Assembly (NCBI GenBank): GCA_005116895.1
Contig: SWDO01000020.1
Span: forward strand, 23,791-87,790
Direction: 5' to 3'
DNA from: Nitrospira sp.
GTDB taxonomy: Bacteria > Nitrospirota > Nitrospiria > Nitrospirales > Nitrospiraceae
Length of the DNA: 64,000 bases
The notes below the pieces were generated by a model that ran no database searches, was not told the origin of the DNA, and saw nothing but the letters and a program-made list of their open reading frames with translations. This document shows positions 1 to 9,028 of this stretch, in pieces. Positions within the stretch are counted from its first letter, which is position 1, and each line of letters opens with the position of its first letter. The position numbers and the translations under genes were made by a program.

Positions 1-27
1 TCTATAGTTGGAATCGGCTTCGTAATC

Positions 28-1020
28 GTGTCGCTGTGTCCTCCAGCCCTTGCCGCATCGGAACCAGCGGATAATGGCGGCCAAAAGTCAGAGGCGGAGA
101 AGGATCTCCTCATACAAGACCTGCTGGATTCGCAGCCAGAACCAGAAGACCGCCTGGTCATTTTGCCAGAAATCAAACGCGAGGGAGAACGATTCTTTCT
201 AAGTTCATTCAAGCTGCCCGATAAAATTACATTTGCCGGCGTGCCAGTTCCTCTGGATAACTGGCAAGTGCGAGAACGGATCGAATACGAGTTCTATCAA
301 TTTCTGGAAGATCAGGGGGAAAGCATCATCCTCGCCAAACGTACTGGACGATGTTTCCCTCCTGCAGAAAAACAGTTGGCCGACGCCGGTTTGCCGGATG
401 ATCTGAAGTACATGTTGCTGGTCGAGAGTAAATGCATTTCCGCCGCCTACTCCAAGGCAAAGGCCTCCGGTCCCTGGCAGTTCATCCCCTCCACCGGGCG
501 CCGGTACCGGCTGAAGAGCGACGCCGTCCGAGATGAACGTCGCAATCTCGAAATGTCGACCGAAGCGGCCGTGAAGTACCTCAAGTACCTCAAAGACTTT
601 CAGGAGAATGATTGGTTCATGGCCATGGCCTCCTACAATGCCGGCGAGGAACGAGTCCGCAAGCTGCTCAAAGGGCAAAACATTACCGACTATTGGAAAA
701 TGCATGGGCCACGTGAGACGATGCGGTATGTCCCTCGCATCATCGCAGCCAAGGAAATTTACTCCCAACCGGAAAAGTATCTGGGGCTGACAAAAAAGGA
801 CCTGTATGTGCCGCTTGAAACGGAAACCATCACGGTGAATGTCAAGGAGTCTCAGCGCGCATTGACCTCGATCGCCGAAGAGTTCGGCACCTATCTGCTC
901 GAACTCAAGATGTTGAACCCTGAATTCAAGAAGGATATGCTCCCCCACGGCACCTATCAAATCAGAGTTCCCCGTCAAACCTGTCCCAGTCGCTGTTTTA
1001 AGCAAGAGAAAGCACCGTAG
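28..1020 (+). CDS. Lytic transglycosylase (SLT/MltD-like); true start probably just upstream of the window
   Basis: SLT motifs LLVES (catalytic Glu), ASGPWQFIPSTG, AAVKYLKYL, ASYNAGE, ETMRYVPRIIA; the frame is open from position 1. Confidence 0.9.
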   Translation: MSLCPPALAASEPADNGGQKSEAEKDLLIQDLLDSQPEPEDRLVILPEIKREGERFFLSSFKLPDKITFAGVPVPLDNWQVRERIEYEFYQFLEDQGESIILAKRTGRCFPPAEKQLADAGLPDDLKYMLLVESKCISAAYSKAKASGPWQFIPSTGRRYRLKSDAVRDERRNLEMSTEAAVKYLKYLKDFQENDWFMAMASYNAGEERVRKLLKGQNITDYWKMHGPRETMRYVPRIIAAKEIYSQPEKYLGLTKKDLYVPLETETITVNVKESQRALTSIAEEFGTYLLELKMLNPEFKKDMLPHGTYQIRVPRQTCPSRCFKQEKAP

Positions 1021-1032
1021 CACGCACACCAA

Positions 1033-2370
1033 ATGACGCTTCGTTTGCCCCCCTCCTCCGCCCAATTGCTTCTTCGGAAGCTGATTGTGGCAGGGCTGAA
1101 GACAGCCGACCCCTATCAAGCCTTGCTCAATAGCATCTCTCTCAATAAACATTCCCTGCGTGTGGGCCGTCGCACCTACAACCTTTCACACATTGACCGT
1201 ATTGTCGTGGTCGGTGCCGGCAAGGCGTCGGCAAGGATGGCACAGGCATTGGAGGTAGTACTGAGGCCAAGGCTGGAGGATGGACTTGTCATCGTCAAGA
1301 CAGGTCACACACTCGCGACCAAACAGATCACCGTCCTCGAAGCCAGCCATCCAATTCCCGATCGTGCTGGTCTTCACGCGACTCAACGGCTTCTGCGTCT
1401 GACACAATGTCTGACGCCTCGAGATCTGCTGATCGTGCTCCTCTCCGGAGGCGCATCGAGCCTACTCCCGGCCCCAGTCGCTGGTGTGACGTTGGCCGAT
1501 AAGCAACGCACGACGCGCCTGCTGCTTCGCAGCGGTGCAACGATCAACGAAATCAATGTCGTGAGAAAACATTTGTCGTTGATCAAAGGCGGCGGCCTGG
1601 CCACATCCACCCAGGCGAGAATTGTGACGCTCCTGCTTTCAGACGTCATCGGCGATGATCTCGGCTCTATCGGCTCTGGACCAACAGCGGCCGATCCCTC
1701 GACATTTGCGGACGCAGTGGGAGTGTTGCAACGGTACAGAAGCTGGCATGCAGTACCCGAATCGGTACGACGCCACTTGGCCCGGGGCCGACAAGGAGAT
1801 GCCTCAGAGACTCTGAAGCCTGGATCACGACGGTTGCGCAGCGTGCAGCATCACATCATCGGGAACAACCGGATCATGCTGGAAGCCGTCGCAAGTACCG
1901 CACAACAGGCTGGTCTCCATACGAAGTTCGCCTCTCACCCCATCACGGGAGATGCGCGCGTGGCAGCGAAGCAGTTGACGGACCTCGCCAAGGTGATTAC
2001 CGAAGGGCATGGTCTCTTGAAGCGCCCATGTTGCGTGGTAGCGGGAGGCGAGACCACGGTGACAGTCACAGGCCGTGGAATGGGTGGACGCGCACAGGAA
2101 TTCGCCGCTTCTGCGGCATTGGAGATCGCCGGTCTCCCCAACACATGGGTCGTGGCACTGGGCACCGACGGCACCGACGGACCCACCGATGCAGCCGGGG
2201 CGATTGTCACTGGAGGCACCGTCGCGCGAGCGAAGAAACTCGGCATTGATCTCCGTTCTTCCTTAGATCGGCACAATACCTACCCTGCTTTGAAAGCTCT
2301 TGGATGTCATATCCATACCGGTCCGACGGGAACCAACGTCAACGACCTTTACCTTCTTCTCCTGCTCTAG
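1033..2370 (+). CDS. Glycerate kinase type 2 (MOFRL/TtuD family)
   Basis: GAGKAS, HPIPD, LLSGGASSL, VRKHLSLIKGG, SDVIGDD, GGETTV, GTDGTDG, TGPTGTNVND. Confidence 0.92.
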   Translation: MTLRLPPSSAQLLLRKLIVAGLKTADPYQALLNSISLNKHSLRVGRRTYNLSHIDRIVVVGAGKASARMAQALEVVLRPRLEDGLVIVKTGHTLATKQITVLEASHPIPDRAGLHATQRLLRLTQCLTPRDLLIVLLSGGASSLLPAPVAGVTLADKQRTTRLLLRSGATINEINVVRKHLSLIKGGGLATSTQARIVTLLLSDVIGDDLGSIGSGPTAADPSTFADAVGVLQRYRSWHAVPESVRRHLARGRQGDASETLKPGSRRLRSVQHHIIGNNRIMLEAVASTAQQAGLHTKFASHPITGDARVAAKQLTDLAKVITEGHGLLKRPCCVVAGGETTVTVTGRGMGGRAQEFAASAALEIAGLPNTWVVALGTDGTDGPTDAAGAIVTGGTVARAKKLGIDLRSSLDRHNTYPALKALGCHIHTGPTGTNVNDLYLLLLL

Positions 2371-2385
2371 CTACTATGCTGGGGT

Positions 2386-5007
2386 ATGATCCGTCCCATC
2401 ATCCTTTCATTGTCTCATTGCACAGATCTCGATCTTGTAGGCGGCAAGGCCGTTGGGCTCGCTCGGCTCATTGCGGGTGGGTTCCCTGTTCCTCAAGGGT
2501 TCTGCGTTACCACAGAGGCTTATACGCAGTATATACATGCGTCAGGATTTATTGTGCATGAGGAGTGGCAGAGGGTCGGCGCATTATCAGGAAACAAGCG
2601 AGCGTCGGTGCTGGCGGGCTGCCGGGAACGGATTGGACGGATAGAGATTTCCCAACTTGCCGCTCAATGTGTGACTGCGCTCCAGACTCTTGATCAGCCG
2701 CCGAACACTCGCTGGGCCGTCCGGTCGTCGGCCACGAATGAGGATGCGGCTCATACCAGCTTTGCTGGGCTCTATCGCACTCACCTCGGCGTGGCGCTCT
2801 CAGACATTGAGGCCGCGCTGAAAGACCTCTGGTTGTCGCTCTGGGACGAACGAGTGGTGAGCTACCAGGCTCGACAGAGCAACCACATGGCTCCGAGAAT
2901 GGCGGTGGTGGTCCAACCGATGGTCGAGGCGCAATCGGCCGGAGTCGCCTATTCAATACACCCCGTGACCGGACGATCGAATCAGGTGACGATTAACGCC
3001 GTACCTGGGCTCGCAGCGCCACTCGTTGACGGCACGGTTGCGCCAGACCAGTATGTCGTAGAAGTAACCGACAACGGGCAACCGACTCGGGTTCGTCGAC
3101 GTATTCTTGTCCGTAAGTCTGACCGTCTGACGGTATCGAAAGAGGGACTGCGCACCGATCCGCTCAACGGAATGGCCACACTCCAATCGTCACTCACTGT
3201 TGCTCAGCTTTTCTCCCTCGCCGAGACTGCCAAACACATCGAACGGTCCTTCGGACAGCCAATGGATCTCGAATGGGCGTTTGATACCCGACAATTGTGG
3301 ATCGTGCAAGCCAGGCCGATAACCGCCGTCCGCCCTTCCTCCGATCTCACCAATGATGACTGCGAGTGGTCGCGTACGAATTTCAAGGAGACGCTGCCTG
3401 AACTGCCGAGCCTGCTGAGTCTCTCCTTTCTTGAACGGTTCATGGACGCCTACATCCTCTCGCATTATAGAAGACTTGGATGCCGTATCCCTGACGGACT
3501 CACGTCGGTCCGCGTGCTGAACGGACGCCCGTACTTGAACGTCACTCTTTTCCATATCCTCATCGCTCAACTTCGTGGAGACCCCTCCATGAATACCGAA
3601 CAGATGGGGGGTAAGCCACTACAGACCGTGCCACAGGTCCAGCCACTCAGTGGGTTCGCCTTTGTCCGCGCAAGTTGGAGGGTGTGGGCAGAAATGCGAC
3701 GGGTGGAACGATCGGGCCCGCGTCTGTTTGAGGAGATGAAGGCGCTGGCCGCAACGTATCGTCGAGAACACATTCTACACCTCTCTGTGGAGGAGCTCGT
3801 GCCCGAGCTCGACAAGCTTGGTCCCTGGTTGGAGGGTCGTGAAGTCACGTTTGGCATAGCCGGGGGAGTTGGACAATGCCTACAGATTTTCAGTCACTGC
3901 TTGCCTCGGTGGCTCGGTCCAGACTGGAGGAGTCTGCTGAATGCTGCCCTCCAAGGACAAGGGACCGTCATCAGCGCTCAGCAGATTCTCCGGCTCGCTG
4001 AGCTTACAGACATCGCCAGAAATGAAACAGTGGCGAACGCATTTCTCACATCCGAGCCATGGAATCCATTGACATTTAGGACGGCTCTCGCCGACAGCAC
4101 ATTTTTGCGCACCTTTGATAAATACCTTGAGGATTATGGCCATCGCGCGGTTGGCGAATCAGACGTGATGGCCCCACGGCTCGCCGATAACCCGGAACCG
4201 ATACTCGCTATCTTGCGATCCCAACTCATCTCCACTGCGCCTTCTCAGGAAACCATTCGCTCGCGCCAAGACGAGACGAGAGCCGCTGCACTGGACCAGA
4301 TCAAACGGCGAATCGGCTGGCGTCTGGACAGGTGGGCCCTGTTCTTGTGGTGTTACCGTAGATTGGGCCGGTTCTTTGCTCTGCGTGAAGCCAACCGGCA
4401 CCATCTGATGTATTACTCAATCGCGATTCGTACCCTCTTGTTGCGCCTCGGAGAACTGCTGGTCGAGCGGGGCCAGCTCAACCAACGCGACGATATCTTT
4501 TTTTTGACGATCAGCGATCGAGCCAACCTGTTGGCTGGAAGCACGCGAGACTGGAAATCTGAGATTCGAGCTCGGCGAACTGCGCAAGAGCACAACGCAA
4601 AATTTGAAGTTCCTGACACCATTCACGACTGGGAAGCTGCGAGGGAACAGACCGTGACAGCTGACAAATCCGAAGAGAACGGCATCTTGACGGGCATGCC
4701 GATTAGCGTGGGAACCGTGGCAGGTCTCGTTCGCACGATCCGTTCAGCGGCAGATTGGGGCAAGGTGAGGCCGGGGGAGATTATGGTGGTCTCCGTTATC
4801 GATCCCGGCTTGGCTCCTCTCTTTGGTCTTGCTGGAGGTCTGATCGCGGAAATGGGTGGTACGCTGTCTCACGGAGCCATCATTGCACGCGAATATGGAC
4901 TCCCAACCATCGCCAATGTCGCAGGCGCCATGACACGACTGACTGATGGAATGCAGCTCTCGCTTGATGCCGGATCAGGGACCATTCGTATAGAGCCATT
5001 TCCATAA
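2386..5007 (+). CDS. PEP-utilising dikinase-type enzyme (PPDK_N + central domain + C-terminal phospho-His swivel; Rph/PigC-like architecture)
   Basis: VGGKA, AVRSSATNED, SFAG, MDLEWA, VQARPIT at the N-terminus; LSHGAIIAREYGLP at the C-terminus. Confidence 0.85.
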   Translation: MIRPIILSLSHCTDLDLVGGKAVGLARLIAGGFPVPQGFCVTTEAYTQYIHASGFIVHEEWQRVGALSGNKRASVLAGCRERIGRIEISQLAAQCVTALQTLDQPPNTRWAVRSSATNEDAAHTSFAGLYRTHLGVALSDIEAALKDLWLSLWDERVVSYQARQSNHMAPRMAVVVQPMVEAQSAGVAYSIHPVTGRSNQVTINAVPGLAAPLVDGTVAPDQYVVEVTDNGQPTRVRRRILVRKSDRLTVSKEGLRTDPLNGMATLQSSLTVAQLFSLAETAKHIERSFGQPMDLEWAFDTRQLWIVQARPITAVRPSSDLTNDDCEWSRTNFKETLPELPSLLSLSFLERFMDAYILSHYRRLGCRIPDGLTSVRVLNGRPYLNVTLFHILIAQLRGDPSMNTEQMGGKPLQTVPQVQPLSGFAFVRASWRVWAEMRRVERSGPRLFEEMKALAATYRREHILHLSVEELVPELDKLGPWLEGREVTFGIAGGVGQCLQIFSHCLPRWLGPDWRSLLNAALQGQGTVISAQQILRLAELTDIARNETVANAFLTSEPWNPLTFRTALADSTFLRTFDKYLEDYGHRAVGESDVMAPRLADNPEPILAILRSQLISTAPSQETIRSRQDETRAAALDQIKRRIGWRLDRWALFLWCYRRLGRFFALREANRHHLMYYSIAIRTLLLRLGELLVERGQLNQRDDIFFLTISDRANLLAGSTRDWKSEIRARRTAQEHNAKFEVPDTIHDWEAAREQTVTADKSEENGILTGMPISVGTVAGLVRTIRSAADWGKVRPGEIMVVSVIDPGLAPLFGLAGGLIAEMGGTLSHGAIIAREYGLPTIANVAGAMTRLTDGMQLSLDAGSGTIRIEPFP

Positions 5008-5138
5008 CTTGCCATTGACTAGAGCTGATCGATCCAGGCCTTCTGCTCCTTGACCTTTTTCAATTCCTTGCGTAGTCTTCGCTCAAATTGTGAATCTTCA
5101 CGCTATATGTAGCGGTTCAATGCAATGGGACTTGTGAG

Positions 5139-6509
5139 ATGGATCAATCACTAGCCGGCATCATCCCCCTTGCGATCGGTTTCGGCGCAGGACTGCTCCT
5201 GGGCGGGGTGTTTGCAGGGCTGTGGATCACCACTCGTCTCCGACCTCAAGCGCAGCGGGCTGAAGCAATGGTGGATGAGCTGCGAAGACAGGTAGACCAA
5301 GAGCGAGACACGATTGCCTCTCTCCGCCACGAGTTGTCCGACGCTCAACACGCACAGGTCACTGCGGAAACCAGGATGGAGGACGCCTCACGTCAGCTCA
5401 CAGACCAGAAAGTCCTCATTGATCACACACGTCAGGAACTCATGGGGTCATTCCAGGCTCTGTCCGGCGAAGCGTTGAAGCAAAATAACGAGGCATTCTT
5501 GAAGCTCGCCGCCGTGTCATTTGAAAGCCTTCACGTCAAAGCAGCGGGTGACTTGGTGCAACGGCAGCAGGCTGTCGATGCGCTGGTCCGCCCGCTCCAA
5601 GAATCCCTGCAACGCTACGATGAACAGTTGCGCTTATTGGAACAATCGCGACAGTCGGCCTACGGTGGATTAGATCAACATTTGAAGTCGCTCGCGGAAT
5701 CGCAGCAACGGTTGCAACAGGAGACTGGAAACTTAGTCAAAGCCTTGCGGGCTCCGACCGTGCGAGGCCAATGGGGCGAGTTGACGTTGAAGCGAGTCGC
5801 GGAATTGGCAGGCATGGTCGACCACTGCGATTTTATCGAACAGCCGTCTGTCACGGGCGACGATGGGCGTTTTCGGCCGGATATGGTCGTACAGTTGCCT
5901 GGCGGACGCCAAATTATCGTTGATGCGAAGACCGTGCTGTCTGCGTACCTCGATGCCCATGAAGCCCAGAGCGAGGCCCAACAGCTGGAAGCCTTGCGTC
6001 GCCACGCAGCCCAGGTGAAGAGCCGTATGGATGAGTTGTCGCTGAAAGCGTACTGGACACAGTTCGATCGTGCACCGGAATTTGTCGTGCTGTTTCTCCC
6101 GGGTGAGCAATTCCTCGGTGCGGCGCTGGACCAGAACCCCCGACTCATTGAAGAGGGATTCGCAAACGGAATCGTGTTGGCAACCCCAGCGACACTCATT
6201 GCGTTACTCCGTGCAGTCGCGTACGGCTGGCGCCAAGAACGAATGACAGCCCATGCAGAAGAAGCCGGTCGGTTAGGCAAAGAACTGTATGAACGCATGG
6301 CGGTGCTGGCTGAACATATGAACGACGTGGGCCAGGCCCTTGGGAAAAGCGTATCGGCGTATAACCGAGCCGTCGGTTCTCTGGAAACACGCATTCTTCC
6401 CGCAGCTCGGCGTTTCAAAGAATTGGGCGTCTCGTCGGATCGGGACATCCCGGTGCTGGAGTCGGCAGGAGTGGCTCCACGTAAGACCTTGCCATTTGAT
6501 ATCGAATGA
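5139..6509 (+). CDS. rmuC: DNA recombination protein RmuC
   Basis: N-terminal TM helix, coiled coil, RGQWGE, RPDMVVQLPG, IIVDAK, PEFVVLFLPGE. Confidence 0.92.
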   Translation: MDQSLAGIIPLAIGFGAGLLLGGVFAGLWITTRLRPQAQRAEAMVDELRRQVDQERDTIASLRHELSDAQHAQVTAETRMEDASRQLTDQKVLIDHTRQELMGSFQALSGEALKQNNEAFLKLAAVSFESLHVKAAGDLVQRQQAVDALVRPLQESLQRYDEQLRLLEQSRQSAYGGLDQHLKSLAESQQRLQQETGNLVKALRAPTVRGQWGELTLKRVAELAGMVDHCDFIEQPSVTGDDGRFRPDMVVQLPGGRQIIVDAKTVLSAYLDAHEAQSEAQQLEALRRHAAQVKSRMDELSLKAYWTQFDRAPEFVVLFLPGEQFLGAALDQNPRLIEEGFANGIVLATPATLIALLRAVAYGWRQERMTAHAEEAGRLGKELYERMAVLAEHMNDVGQALGKSVSAYNRAVGSLETRILPAARRFKELGVSSDRDIPVLESAGVAPRKTLPFDIE

Positions 6510-6519
6510 AGGAGCAGAC

Positions 6520-6951
6520 ATGACCGACGAACAAGCCATGGTTGAAGCATTTCACCGCAAGTTCGAAATTGTGGCACAAACAGCCCCGATGGATGTGAGT
6601 GAAGAGACGAAACACCTTCGCGTTCGACTCATTCAGGAAGAGTTCGACGAATTAAAGGAAGCCATGGCCTCCGGAAATCTTGCTGCGGTGGCCAAAGAAA
6701 TGGCAGATCTTCTGTATGTGACCTATGGAACCGCGGTTTCCTACGGGATCGATATGGAGCCGGTGTTTCAGGAAGTCCACCGATCGAATCTGAGCAAAAT
6801 CGGCGGCTACAAGCGGGCGGATGGAAAGTGGGTGAAGCCCCCCACCTATTCGCCGGCGAAGATCGAACCGATTTTGGAGGTCCAACGTGAGCAACTGCCG
6901 GCGGAGCGGCTATCGGTGCATGATACCGCCGGTGTGTCCCAGAGTTCATGA
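6520..6951 (+). CDS. MazG-like/PRA-PH nucleoside triphosphate pyrophosphohydrolase
   Basis: LIQEEFDEL, KEMADLLYV, EVHRSNLSK, RADGKWVKP; SD AAGGAG before ATG 6520. Confidence 0.85.
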   Translation: MTDEQAMVEAFHRKFEIVAQTAPMDVSEETKHLRVRLIQEEFDELKEAMASGNLAAVAKEMADLLYVTYGTAVSYGIDMEPVFQEVHRSNLSKIGGYKRADGKWVKPPTYSPAKIEPILEVQREQLPAERLSVHDTAGVSQSS

Positions 6952-7460
6952 GAGATCCACACTGCCCTAGTTGCGGAACCCCCTTCGTCCGAGTCGTCTA
7001 TGACGAAGGAACCGTCGAGCGAATCTTGAATCGCTTCAGGATGTTCTCATTCCGGTGCCAGCTCTGCACCGCACGCTTCCGTGTCTATCGGGCTCAGCCC
7101 CCAACCCAGCCCTCCGTTTCGGATCGCCGGCAATACAAACGACTACCCGTGTCGTTCAGGGCCAACCTGCTTGCAGGACACGCCAGGCGGATGGACAATC
7201 GCGTGACGGATATCTCCATGGGAGGGTGCACGCTCGAGACGACGGCAACCTTGCCTCAGGGCTCGTTTATCGAGCTGGTCATCAAACCGGCTTCCAATGA
7301 AGAACCGATTAAGATTGGGACGGCCATGGTGTGTTCTTCGCGACCGGAATCGATGGGCATCCGATTTCTTGAAATGGTGGCGGGTGATAAGAACCGCCTC
7401 AGTCAGGTCATCCTCAGCTTGCTGGTGGGACAAAGCCTCCATCCTAATCTTCTCGCCTAA
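6948..7460 (+). CDS. Zn-ribbon plus PilZ domain protein (c-di-GMP receptor)
   Basis: CPSC...CQLC followed by PilZ motifs RRQYKR and DISMGG; ATGA overlap with the upstream gene. Confidence 0.85.
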   Translation: MRDPHCPSCGTPFVRVVYDEGTVERILNRFRMFSFRCQLCTARFRVYRAQPPTQPSVSDRRQYKRLPVSFRANLLAGHARRMDNRVTDISMGGCTLETTATLPQGSFIELVIKPASNEEPIKIGTAMVCSSRPESMGIRFLEMVAGDKNRLSQVILSLLVGQSLHPNLLA

Positions 7461-7472
7461 AGACGCCTCGCT

Positions 7473-8336
7473 CTATTTGAAAGACCGCCGAGGCAGGGCA
7501 ACCAGAAGATTGTCGATAAGCCGAACGGATCCTATCCGCACTGCACCAAGCAGCACGACTCGCGACGTGACATCGCACAGGGGCTCCAAAGTAGACGGAT
7601 CGCAGACCGCCAGATAGTCGATCGTCATGGCCGGTTCCTTTTTGAGAACATACGCCATCGCTGACTGTACGGCCTTCCCATCGGTGACGCCTCTCCGAAT
7701 CACCTCGGCGCCTGCTCGCAGGCTCTTGTACAGCGTGACGGCACGTTTTCGGTCCTCCTGCGACAGATAGACATTGCGTGAGCTCATCGCAAGCCCATCC
7801 GCTTCACGTACTGTCGGATGCACAACAACCTCTATGCTGAGGTTCAGATCCTTCACCAGCTGCCGGACCAGCACCGATTGCTGGAAATCTTTCTGCCCAA
7901 AGAGCGCGACCTGAGGGCGGACAATTCCACAAAGCTTCGTCACAACAGTCGCAACACCGGAAAAATGATGAGGACGTATTTCCCCTTCCCACCGTCGTGC
8001 GATTGTCGGAAGTGTGACCATTGTTTGAAATCCGTTCGGGTACATTGCTTCCGCAGTTGGTTCAAAACAGACATCCACCCCTTCTTTTCGGCAGAGGGCT
8101 CTGTCCCGCGAGATAGGGCGTGGATACTTGGCGAGATCTTCCTGGGGACCGAACTGCGTAGGATTCACGAAAATACTGACCACGAGCGCATCGCATCGCA
8201 ACCGTGCCGCCCGTATCAGCTCCCGATGGCCGTCGTGCAATGCGCCCATGGTCGGGACGAATCCAATCGTCACACCTTGTCGCCTGAGGTTTTCACTCCA
8301 GGCTGTCATGGCCTGTGGTGAACGAATGATCTTCAT
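7473..8336 (-). CDS. panC: Pantoate--beta-alanine ligase
   Basis: GFVPTMGALHDGH, SIFVNPTQF, FGQKDFQQ, DGLAMSSRN, RLIDN. Confidence 0.97.
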   Translation of the reverse strand: MKIIRSPQAMTAWSENLRRQGVTIGFVPTMGALHDGHRELIRAARLRCDALVVSIFVNPTQFGPQEDLAKYPRPISRDRALCRKEGVDVCFEPTAEAMYPNGFQTMVTLPTIARRWEGEIRPHHFSGVATVVTKLCGIVRPQVALFGQKDFQQSVLVRQLVKDLNLSIEVVVHPTVREADGLAMSSRNVYLSQEDRKRAVTLYKSLRAGAEVIRRGVTDGKAVQSAMAYVLKKEPAMTIDYLAVCDPSTLEPLCDVTSRVVLLGAVRIGSVRLIDNLLVALPRRSFK

Positions 8337-8887
8337 GAGTCAGATGGAGAACTGCAGGCAGGACGTGAGCCGTATCTCGTGGACGGCTGAGGAAACAGGA
8401 GACGCACTTGAGAGTGGTCCTTGGCATCGGTCAAGAGTTGCGCCATCGATTGATTGAGCGTCGGATGGACCCAGAGCGGATCCAGTTCATTCATCGGCAT
8501 GAGGACGAATCGGCGTTGATGGAGACGAGGATGCGGAATGGTCAGCCCTGGCTCCTTGATCACATGCTCCCCATAAAAGAGGATGTCTAAGTCGATCGTG
8601 CGAGGACCGGACCGATTGTCTTCATCTCGATCAAGTGCCCGTTCAATCTCCTGGAGTGTCGAGAGGAGGCTGCGGGGAGTAATGTTCGTTTCAAGCTGCA
8701 CCACCCCGTTGAGGAACCATGCCTCTCCGGGATCGATCCGGTCGCGTACCGGTTCCGTTTCATACAATAACGAGACGCCTTGAAGTCGAGAATGTGGGAG
8801 AAGGCTGAGCAACGTCACTGCTCGATCGCAAAAATCAACTCGATCGCCGACGTTCGATCCGAATCCGATGAAGACCGTCTCTTTCAT
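8333..8887 (-). CDS. folK: 2-amino-4-hydroxy-6-hydroxymethyldihydropteridine pyrophosphokinase
   Basis: IGFGSNVGDR, LYETEP, GPRTIDLDIL, IPHPRLHQRRFVL. Confidence 0.96.
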   Translation of the reverse strand: MKETVFIGFGSNVGDRVDFCDRAVTLLSLLPHSRLQGVSLLYETEPVRDRIDPGEAWFLNGVVQLETNITPRSLLSTLQEIERALDRDEDNRSGPRTIDLDILFYGEHVIKEPGLTIPHPRLHQRRFVLMPMNELDPLWVHPTLNQSMAQLLTDAKDHSQVRLLFPQPSTRYGSRPACSSPSDS

Positions 8888-8896
8888 GCGCGTATC

Positions 8897-9019
8897 TCGT
8901 GAAGCGTCTCTTCTTCCTTCGATCCTGAGTTCCAGGTTTCAAGTTGTGCAGAAACCAAAAACCTCAAACCAGAAACATGAAACTTGAAACCGTTGGCCGA
9001 TACGCTTCACGCTTCACGA
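8897..9019. repeat. Nested heptamer-repeat hairpin (intergenic)
   Basis: Outer arms TCGTGAAGCGT/ACGCTTCACGA; inner arms GGTTTCAAGTT (8935-8945)/AACTTGAAACC (8981-8991); tandem AAACNNN units. Confidence 0.7.
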
Positions 9020-9028
9020 ACGACATGG

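Noticed and set aside
6340-6519. Long N-terminal extensions in the ORF track (also starts 13176, 16098, 40403, 40732, 46851, 58342)
   Set aside because: They overlap upstream genes or promoters. Downstream starts have an SD, ATGA coupling or better spacing.
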